From the NCBI GenBank assembly GCA_965372445.1, contig CBDVCJ010000002.1:1-34915 (forward strand): a DNA stretch of 34,915 nt, written 5' to 3'. The notes under the pieces were generated by a model. That model had not been told where the DNA came from and ran no database searches. It was given only the letters and a program-made list of their open reading frames with translations. The DNA is from an uncultured Thermoplasmata archaeon. GTDB taxonomy: Archaea; Thermoplasmatota; Penumbrarchaeia; JAEHCK01; CBDVCJ01. How positions within the stretch are numbered: the stretch's first letter is position 1; each line of letters opens with the position of its first letter. Positions 8,243 through 15,553 of this stretch are shown here, one piece after another. The position numbers and the translations under genes were made by a program.

Positions 8243-8545
8243 ATGGCATTGGATACTGGTGCAACTTTTGTTATGATCCCCTGGGATGTTGCTGAACGAT
8301 TGGGTTATGATCCGAAGGGATCTCAAAAGCAAGTATCAATAACAACCGCAAGTACAGTAGAAGAAGTTCCTGTTATTACTATTGAAGAATTCAATGTGCT
8401 GGGTCATTCCATGCGAAATGTTAAGGTAGTGGTACATGACCTTCCCCCCACAAGTCGAGTTGATGGCCTTTTTGGTTTGAATTTTTTAAATAATTTTAAT
8501 TTAAAACTAATGTTCAAGAATGGATATTTGGAATTATCTGATTAA
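8243..8545 (+). CDS. retropepsin-like (clan AA) aspartic protease, cassette 1; homology extends upstream to about 8150 with no canonical start
   Basis: The DTGA active-site motif sits at residues 4-7 of the ATG-initiated ORF. The open frame 8147-8242 encodes CGIFIRVRLDKDEPLIVIPVSLTGKVAKYIVN, which looks like the missing N-terminal strands. It is in frame with the upstream ORF across one TAA. Confidence 0.6.
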   Translation: MALDTGATFVMIPWDVAERLGYDPKGSQKQVSITTASTVEEVPVITIEEFNVLGHSMRNVKVVVHDLPPTSRVDGLFGLNFLNNFNLKLMFKNGYLELSD

Positions 8546-8557
8546 AATTCTAATTCT

Positions 8558-8668
8558 TATTTCACTCTTGAGGTGCTTTGATTTTGGGCACCGGCAGTTG
8601 CTGTGGCACTGTAGACTGCTCTACCACAGTGGACTCTTGAGGTGCAACTTGCGGCTGCAGTTCAACTT
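8558..8668. repeat. copy B of the 3' end of the giant surface-protein gene
   Basis: 8584-8654 is identical (71/71) to 9440-9510. On the minus strand it reads ...QPQVAPQESTVVEQSTVPQQLPVPKIKAPQE-stop. Confidence 0.9.
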
Positions 8669-8761
8669 ATTGCCTTTCAAATAGGAAATTCCAAGAACCA
8701 AATAAACTCCAAGTACCAAATTCGAAATTTATTGCGTCAATATAACACTTCATAATTGAAA

Positions 8762-8793
8762 AAAATATATACCAATAAAGATATTTATAAATA
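8762..8793 (+). promoter_or_regulatory. AT-rich candidate promoter region for cassette 2 (aaaatatatacc / tatttataaat)
   Basis: Two TATA-like elements lie 24-55 nt upstream of the ATG at 8817. aGAGGAG sits at 8797-8803. Confidence 0.25.
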
Positions 8794-8816
8794 TTAAGAG
8801 GAGTAATAGGATAATT

Positions 8817-9035
8817 ATGGTTACTAGAGTAGGTAAGATTACCAAGATCAGCTTTAAGATCAATCCAAATGAAGTAGATCAGATAAAAAAATTGATCAAG
8901 ACCGAATTCCCCAATGAATATAAGATGAGCTATCGGAAAAAAGAACTAACTGTAACCGGCGATTTTTCAAGCTATAAAAAGCGTAATAAAATATTATATA
9001 TTTTAAGTGGTGGCAAAGTTGGGGAGAATGTATAG
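8817..9035 (+). CDS. small hypothetical protein (cassette 2, gene 1), diverged homologue of the cassette 1 small protein
   Basis: 72-aa ORF. C-terminal KRNKILYILSGGK parallels KRNAIYIMYSGK in the 7928..8146 product. Same position relative to a protease gene. Confidence 0.5.
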   Translation: MVTRVGKITKISFKINPNEVDQIKKLIKTEFPNEYKMSYRKKELTVTGDFSSYKKRNKILYILSGGKVGENV

Positions 9036-9354
9036 AGGCGTGGAAGTCAAAGCAAATGGTAGGTCGGCTATTGCAGTTGCATTTGTTGATTCGGGTTGTG
9101 ATGAGACAATAATCAGTGAGCGGTTAGCTAATAAATTGAAACTTAAATTATTTGGTAAATTTGAATCGCTATCCGCATCTCAAACTAAAATTATTGGTAA
9201 ACTCTGCAAAGTAACAATAAAAGATGAAAGAATTCAGGATCTACTGACCGTTGGTGTCACCAATAAACCATTTGAGGACGCCGAAGAACATGGTGTCGAT
9301 ATTATTCTAGGTCATGATTTTTTACAACGGAATAAAGTGAAATTGGTATTTTAA
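9007..9354 (+). CDS. retropepsin-like (clan AA) aspartic protease, cassette 2
   Basis: FVDSGCDETII (D-S-G active-site motif) and GHDFL near the C-terminus. Start is ambiguous: GTG 9007, GTG 9010, TTG 9019 or ATG 9028. It overlaps the upstream ORF in the +1 frame. Confidence 0.65.
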   Translation: MVAKLGRMYRGVEVKANGRSAIAVAFVDSGCDETIISERLANKLKLKLFGKFESLSASQTKIIGKLCKVTIKDERIQDLLTVGVTNKPFEDAEEHGVDIILGHDFLQRNKVKLVF

Positions 9355-9410
9355 AAAGATTCTAGATCCCAAAAAGGCGGATTTGGAAAATTGGGATTTA
9401 TGATTTGTTT

Positions 9411-9528
9411 CGAATTTCGGATTTCACTCCGGAGGATTCTTGGGCACCGGCAGTTGCTGTGGCACTGTAGACTGCTCTACCACAGTGGACTCTTGAGGTG
9501 CAACTTGCGGATGCTGTTCAACTTGAGG
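9411..9528. repeat. copy C: the authentic 3' end (and downstream flank) of the giant surface-protein gene
   Basis: cgaatttcggatttcactccggagg...ttgggcaccggcagttgctgtggcactgtagactgctctaccacagtggactcttgaggtgcaacttgcgg. See copies A and B. Confidence 0.9.
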
Positions 9529-12500
9529 TACTGGTTCTTCTTCCACCTGCGGCATCGGTGCCGGTTGTGGCGCAGGCTTGACCTGGGGTACGATTTGTGG
9601 TGTAACCTCGGGGGTTGCGGGTTGCTCTGGGGGTGGCATTTCTGGAGCAGGGGGTTGTTCAGGCGGGACTTCTGGTGCCGTTGGTTGTTCTGGGATTGGA
9701 GCCTCTGGAGTTGGTACTTGTTCAGGCGGTACTTCTTCCGGAGGCGGAGGTTGAGCTTCTTCGACAATCTGCTCTTCTTCCTTCCCTTTTTTCTTTTTGA
9801 GGAAGATGAACAGCAGTATCAATACTACGGTTATGATTACGATAATTCCGATAAGCGCATAGAGCATTGTGTTATCTTTGTCGCCATCCTTTGGTTCATC
9901 GCCATCTTTCACGGTAATTGTCAAAGTGGATTCTTCCGATGCATCTTCACTTTCAACAATAAATCTAATCGTATATTCTCCAGGTTCCATATCTTCGGGA
10001 ATTGTAATTGTCACGGTAATCTGCCCGGAATCGCTTTCAGTTAAAGAAAATGAACTCTTGGAGAATTGAATATCAGCTGAGGTGAAATCATCCGATTCGA
10101 ATTTAATGTTGAAATCATCTTCGATGTTGCCATCATTTGTTATAGTAATCGTAACATTCTCAGAATCACTCGGTTTCAAATTTAAAGATGAAGGTGAAAT
10201 TGATATTGAGACATCATAATCCGGTTCAAAATCTTCAGAAACAACCTTAACATCGATGTTAACTTCATCTTTTGCAGTTATATCACTTAAAGAGGTCGCA
10301 GTCACGGTAATTGTATAATCCCCAATGGTAAAATCATCTGGAATATCAATACTAAGTATTACAATTGAATCACTATCTGGCTCCAAATTCCCATTAGTTA
10401 CTTCAATGGTAATATCTGATTGTGACATATCAGAACTTAGTTCAATTTTGAAGTTGTCTATTGAATTGCCTTCATTTTTAACGGTTAAATTAATAACTTT
10501 AGACTCGCCCTGTTTAATTGTGACCGAATCTCTTTCAGTTGTAAGATTAACCTTGTAGATCGGTTCGAATCCTAAATCAATAGTAAATCTAAACAAGCCT
10601 GATAAACAAACACCATTAGTTGGCTCGACTTCCCAATAATATGTTTTACCATCTACCAACTCATTTTCTAAAGTATATTCGGTGCTGGTTAATCCTGCTT
10701 TGATTGTGGTATGAGGATCTGGACTTTCATCAAGAGTCACTGAATAAGTAATGAACTCAGTTCCGGAATAATCAAGTTTCCATTTCAAGGTCGGTGTCAA
10801 TGTATCGACAGTGGTTTTATCTGGTGGAGTTAATAAAGTAACCTTTGGTGTAAATTCAGATATTGTACTATCGACAATAATTGAAATATCTGATTTCACT
10901 ACAATTCCACTATCTTTATCAGTTAAGACCAGTTCAATATCTTCGGTTCCTGCTATATTTTCTTTTGGTGTGATCTTGAGAGTATCATTTACTGTATCGA
11001 TTATTTCGATTGATTTGATATAAGTATAAACTTGTGGTTCAATGCTCCAGGTTAAATTTTCATCTGTATCCTCAATATCGCTTTCAAACGACGTTAAATC
11101 AAATAGAAGTGGCTGTATACCTACACTAATATTATCTAAATTTTCGGAAATTATAGGCAGATTATTTAGAACCTCAAGAGAATCGTTAATGTATTTCCAA
11201 CCACTTGATACAGATTCATTATCTTCGAATTTCACACGGAAATCATAGTTTCCGAGTATTGAATCGATATACGTTGTTAAACTAACTTCATATCTATTAT
11301 TAAGATAATTACTTGTCAAGTTAGTCCATTTACTCTCGCTTTGAGGTTTGTATTGAGAATAACAAGATAACATATCTTCCGGAGTTTCATAATCAGTTCC
11401 ATTGATGTATAATGATACAGATTCGGTTCGATAAATTGAAGTCTCTGATAAACCTGCATCAATTACTTTCGGACCTGAATTGTATACGAGCAAGGAATCA
11501 TTCAAATAAAGCCATGAACTATAATTCCCATCACTATCATTAACTCTTACACGAAAATCATAGTAACCGAATAATGCATCAAATGGAATATTGAAAGAAC
11601 AATCCCACCTTCCATTATTATACATTGGAGCACTAAGATCGGTTTTATCCCAAGATGTTTCGGATGAATCTCGATATTCTAATTCTATCGTGAGATTCTC
11701 TTCAATTTCTTCAATATCAGTAGAATTTATCCATATCGATATTGAATCCCCTAATAAGGCTGAGTTATTAGATAATGATGTATCTTCAATCGCTGGAATA
11801 TTATTTAATACCAATAGCGAGTCATTTAAATATAACCAGTTACTAAATAATCCACCTGTATCATTAAATTTTACTCTAAAATCATATAATCCTAAAGTTG
11901 CGTTTTTCGGTGGTGTAAAGCTTACTTCCCATCGGGAATTTTGGTATTGTAGGGCTGAAAAATAAGTACTGTTCCAAACTTGTTCATTTGGATCTCTATA
12001 TTCAAAAAATGGAGTTAAGTTGTGCTCTGAATCTTCAATATCTGTGGCATTTGTATGTAAATAAATTGGATTTATTCTTAGAGTTGTTGAATCCGAAATT
12101 TTAAGATCCACAACATGAGGTGGTATGTTTAACTTCATTCTATAAATAAAAACATCATAAAGTCCACCATTGAACGTAGTATCATTGGCACCAGGAGTAG
12201 TCGGGAAATCGAATGATTGTGTCCTGCCCGTGACAAAAGCATCACATTCAAGGCTAACTGCAATTCCCCAACCCATATCAATATCGTTTCCACCAACGAA
12301 TGTAGAATACATAAGTAATGAACCTGTAGAATCTAGGTTAGATACGAATGTCTCTGCTCCAATTAAGATGCTATCATAGGCACCAGGGGTAATAGGGAAA
12401 TCAGTTGAGCCTGTCCAACCTGTTATATATGAATTCCCATGAATATCAGTTGCTATATCTCTTCCTTCATCCGAGCCACTTCCACCTATAAATGTGGAAT

Positions 12501-14331
12501 ACAAAAGAGACGATCCTGTTTGGTTTAACTTTAATACAAAAGCATCACTATTGCCATTAAATATTGGATTGTAGGCCCCAGTCGTGTTTGGGAAGTCTGT
12601 TGAAGAGGTATCTCCAGTAATGTATGCATTATTATTAGAGTCAATAGCAATGCCACTACAATCATCTTCATCACTTCCACCAATGAATGTGGAATATAAG
12701 ATCAATGACCCTGCGGAATTTAATTTGAACACAAAACAATCACCCCATCCATTGTATATTGTATCATTTGCACCAGGTGTAGTCGGAAAATTGGGTGAAC
12801 TAGTCGATCCAGATACATATGTGTTGCCACTTGAATCGACAGCGATACCCATTCCATTGTCAGCATTACTTCCTCCAATGAATGTAGAATATATAATCAT
12901 TGAACCAGTCGGATTCATTTTGAGCACAAAAACATCATCCCAACCGTTGAATGTTGTATCATTTGCACCGACAGTTGTTGGAAAATTCAAAGAATTTGTC
13001 CATCCAGTTATATATGCATTACCCATGAGATCTACGTCAATCCCTCCTCCAGATTCAGTATTGCTCCCACCAATAAATGAAGAATACAGTAGTAATGAAC
13101 CCATTTGGTTCAACTTGAATAAAAATAAATCATAAAGGCCCCCATTATATATAGTCTTATTAGCTCCAATCGTAACTGGGAAATCGGTTGAAAATGTCTC
13201 TCCCATAACATACGCATTATTACTAGTATCTATCTCAATTCTTTTACCATAGTCATGATCCACGCTACCCACAAAGGTTGAGTAAATAAGAGAAGAGCCT
13301 GTGGAATTCAACTTCAAAACAAAGACATCACCTAGGCCATTATGTATCGTATCATTTGCACCAGAGGTAATCGGGAAATCGGTTGAGTAAGTCGAGCCAG
13401 TTATATATGCGTTTCCGCTTGAATCGATTGTTATATCTTTACCCTCTTCATTAGCGTTTCCACCTAGGTATGTAGAATAAATTAGTGGATCAATGATAAT
13501 GGGTCTGTCTTTATTATAATTGCCAACAATCTCAAATCCATATGTCATGGGGTTTAATATTTTAAATCTACCCTCAACTATGTTTTTACCTCCCTCTCCC
13601 TCTTGACAAATAAATAAATCAGAATCTAACATATTAAATAATGAAGTACAAACAACGAGAGCACCTTGAAAATTTATTAATATTTTTTCAGCACCATTAT
13701 AGTTCATTCGAATATTATCTGGATCTCCACCTGGATGCACAATAAAATCATATTTCAATCCTTTGTCCGATGAATAATATCTCAAATCAATATCATCATA
13801 AATATTCTCGTAAATTATCTCTTGATAGTTTGGAACATTAGTACACCATTTACTCGAATCGTTTCCATAAAAGTAATTACTTCTATGAGGTAACAAACCT
13901 ATGCCTTTTGGCTTAATATCATTACATCCCTCAAAATTCAATTTTAGTACAACACTTTTTCTTGGCCGGAGAATTTCAGGTTCAAACTCAGGGTGAAACC
14001 TATCATATGGATCCAGCTGTACTTCATTCTCATTAATTGGTTCCTTAATTTCAAACACAACTCCGTCATCAAGAAACCAAACACCTTTCCCTTGAATGTA
14101 ATATCTAACAGAATCATTCCCAACCTGCCCACGATTTTCCGTGAAGAATCCATCAAGTCTATTGATACTTTGTAAAATCTGTTGCTCTTGAGCTTTATCA
14201 ATAACTGAGCTATCAATTGAATAATCCATTTCTGAGGTTGAGTTATTATTTAGTGTTGGCTTTGAAGTTCCAAAATTTACAGCTGAAAGTAGTAAAAATA
14301 AACTAATGATAATTATTACAATTTTCCTCAT
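9424..14331 (-). CDS. giant membrane-anchored cell-surface protein (signal peptide, SBBP beta-propeller repeats, Ig-like/CARDB-like domains, C-terminal TM helix, Pro-rich tail)
   Basis: 1635 aa. N-terminal MRKIVIIIISLFLLLSAVNFG. About 8 units of YSTF(I/V)GGS..D.G.GIAVDSSGNAYITG.T.S.DFP.T.GA (SBBP type). Four ~105-aa repeats with the signature YDFRVKF.D. TM helix MLYALIGIIVIITVVLILLFIFL followed by KKKKGKEEE and a ~105-aa P/E/Q-rich tail. GGGGG RBS. Confidence 0.9.
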   Translation of the reverse strand: MRKIVIIIISLFLLLSAVNFGTSKPTLNNNSTSEMDYSIDSSVIDKAQEQQILQSINRLDGFFTENRGQVGNDSVRYYIQGKGVWFLDDGVVFEIKEPINENEVQLDPYDRFHPEFEPEILRPRKSVVLKLNFEGCNDIKPKGIGLLPHRSNYFYGNDSSKWCTNVPNYQEIIYENIYDDIDLRYYSSDKGLKYDFIVHPGGDPDNIRMNYNGAEKILINFQGALVVCTSLFNMLDSDLFICQEGEGGKNIVEGRFKILNPMTYGFEIVGNYNKDRPIIIDPLIYSTYLGGNANEEGKDITIDSSGNAYITGSTYSTDFPITSGANDTIHNGLGDVFVLKLNSTGSSLIYSTFVGSVDHDYGKRIEIDTSNNAYVMGETFSTDFPVTIGANKTIYNGGLYDLFLFKLNQMGSLLLYSSFIGGSNTESGGGIDVDLMGNAYITGWTNSLNFPTTVGANDTTFNGWDDVFVLKMNPTGSMIIYSTFIGGSNADNGMGIAVDSSGNTYVSGSTSSPNFPTTPGANDTIYNGWGDCFVFKLNSAGSLILYSTFIGGSDEDDCSGIAIDSNNNAYITGDTSSTDFPNTTGAYNPIFNGNSDAFVLKLNQTGSSLLYSTFIGGSGSDEGRDIATDIHGNSYITGWTGSTDFPITPGAYDSILIGAETFVSNLDSTGSLLMYSTFVGGNDIDMGWGIAVSLECDAFVTGRTQSFDFPTTPGANDTTFNGGLYDVFIYRMKLNIPPHVVDLKISDSTTLRINPIYLHTNATDIEDSEHNLTPFFEYRDPNEQVWNSTYFSALQYQNSRWEVSFTPPKNATLGLYDFRVKFNDTGGLFSNWLYLNDSLLVLNNIPAIEDTSLSNNSALLGDSISIWINSTDIEEIEENLTIELEYRDSSETSWDKTDLSAPMYNNGRWDCSFNIPFDALFGYYDFRVRVNDSDGNYSSWLYLNDSLLVYNSGPKVIDAGLSETSIYRTESVSLYINGTDYETPEDMLSCYSQYKPQSESKWTNLTSNYLNNRYEVSLTTYIDSILGNYDFRVKFEDNESVSSGWKYINDSLEVLNNLPIISENLDNISVGIQPLLFDLTSFESDIEDTDENLTWSIEPQVYTYIKSIEIIDTVNDTLKITPKENIAGTEDIELVLTDKDSGIVVKSDISIIVDSTISEFTPKVTLLTPPDKTTVDTLTPTLKWKLDYSGTEFITYSVTLDESPDPHTTIKAGLTSTEYTLENELVDGKTYYWEVEPTNGVCLSGLFRFTIDLGFEPIYKVNLTTERDSVTIKQGESKVINLTVKNEGNSIDNFKIELSSDMSQSDITIEVTNGNLEPDSDSIVILSIDIPDDFTIGDYTITVTATSLSDITAKDEVNIDVKVVSEDFEPDYDVSISISPSSLNLKPSDSENVTITITNDGNIEDDFNIKFESDDFTSADIQFSKSSFSLTESDSGQITVTITIPEDMEPGEYTIRFIVESEDASEESTLTITVKDGDEPKDGDKDNTMLYALIGIIVIITVVLILLFIFLKKKKGKEEEQIVEEAQPPPPEEVPPEQVPTPEAPIPEQPTAPEVPPEQPPAPEMPPPEQPATPEVTPQIVPQVKPAPQPAPMPQVEEEPVPQVEQHPQVAPQESTVVEQSTVPQQLPVPKNPPE
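12096..13485 (-). repeat. coding region of about 8 tandem SBBP-type beta-propeller repeats (~58 aa each)
   Basis: Repeat periodicity read from the translation. Boundaries are approximate, computed from residues ~283-745. Confidence 0.65.
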
Positions 14332-14478
14332 TATTCAGCCCCCTTGAATATCATCCTGGCATTCAGTAAAAGAATTAATGATTATTTAATTTTGCTATCA
14401 AATTCAAAAAAAGCGAGCGATCTTCAACTGCAACGCGTTTTTTAGCTTTTTAATGATTTCATAGTTGTGAGCTATTTT

Positions 14479-14732
14479 GAGGTGATAGGAAATAGGTGGT
14501 AGGACATAGGCTTCTCTTCGGGAGCCGGTAGCACCGGGAGTACAGGAGCGTGAACCTATGTCTAATGTTGAAATGCAAATTGGAGTTTGGAAATTTGAAA
14601 TTTGCAATTTTTATTTTGCAATTTGAAATCCTGTTCGTTACTCCCGACACTCCCGTTACTCCCGATACTCCCGAACATTGACATTCCCCAGTAATGTCCC
14701 TATCACCTACCTCCTATCACCTAAATATCACC
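14479..14732. repeat. intergenic nested word palindrome (E3)
   Basis: Outer arms: gaggtgataggaaataggtggtaggacat versus atgtccctatcacctacctcctatcacc. Middle: cgggagccggtagcaccgggagtacaggagcg versus cgttactcccgacactcccgttactcccgatactcccg. Centre: aaatttgaaatttgcaattt-ttattttgcaatttgaaat. Confidence 0.8.
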
Positions 14733-14854
14733 AATATTTCCACATTCCAAAAGACTTATATCGAAAATAGTGCTATTAGGGTGAAAATTCGATACAAAAA
14801 AATTAGATATTGAAATAATTGCATATTTTTATTTCATTATGCAGGGGTATTATC

Positions 14855-15127
14855 ATGGCTAAGCCAAGCAAAAAGACCGAGGAACAGATCAATCAGATCA
14901 TAGCGATTTTAGATGAACTAGCCGAAGATACCTCGGTGCCCAGAAATATCAGGCGCGGCGCAGTAGAATCAAAAGACCTTTTACTAAATAATGACCAAGC
15001 CTTGGATCTACGCACCGCCTCGGCAACTATGATCCTTGATGACTTGGCAAACGATCCCAACATACCATTACATGGAAGAACGCTTATCTGGAATATCATC
15101 AATATGTTGGCGCAGTTAGAGGCATAA
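14855..15127 (+). CDS. UPF0147 family protein
   Basis: Starts MAKPSKKTEEQINQ. The motifs DTSVPRNIRRGA and NDPNIPLHGRTLIWN are characteristic of archaeal UPF0147. GGGG RBS precedes the ATG at 14855; the track start at 14819 is rejected. Confidence 0.8.
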   Translation: MAKPSKKTEEQINQIIAILDELAEDTSVPRNIRRGAVESKDLLLNNDQALDLRTASATMILDDLANDPNIPLHGRTLIWNIINMLAQLEA

Positions 15128-15141
15128 TGACACTAATTTAA

Positions 15142-15150
15142 TTTTTTTTT
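15142..15150 (+). terminator. oligo-T (T9) archaeal-type terminator after the UPF0147 gene
   Basis: T9 run 15 nt downstream of the stop at 15125-15127. Confidence 0.45.
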
Positions 15151-15169
15151 ATTTATTAGAGCTTGCTAT

Positions 15170-15404
15170 CGGAAAGGCAATAGGAATTTCTATAGTTGTG
15201 TTATTGACAATAACTATTGCGTCCTATGTCCTTAGTCATATAATGCCATTTAGTCCTTAACTATTTACTACTAAACCGTCCGAAGTCCTTTTCGGGAACC
15301 GAATTCAGAACCTTGGACGCAGGACTCACGACTTAGGACTCAGGACCATCGTTACCCGAAATTAGTTACCATATGTCGCCTCTCGCCTTTCGCCCTTCCG
15401 AAAG
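15170..15404. repeat. intergenic nested word palindrome (E4)
   Basis: cggaaaggcaatagg... versus cgcctctcgcctttcgcccttccgaaag. gcgtcctatgtccttagtc...tagtcctta versus ggacgcaggactcacgacttaggactcaggac. Confidence 0.7.
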
Positions 15405-15553
15405 AAAACTCTAATCCTTATTAGTCAATAAAAAATGGCAACATACCACAACATTAAAATGGAGTAATTATTATTCACCCATTCCAGAATTAATTCGAGA
15501 TTCAAATTAAAATTTTTGGGCTAAATGCAGGGGACCATGGAGACTGATTATTA

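Noticed and set aside
9391-14216. Many 60-217-aa ORFs inside the giant gene region: plus-strand ORFs 9391..10044, 11591..11965 and 12584..13135, and alternative-frame minus-strand ORFs 9477..9767 and 13944..14216
   Set aside because: All lie within the 1635-aa minus-strand CDS, which has clear repeat and domain structure. Their translations are low-complexity shadow or alternative-frame products.
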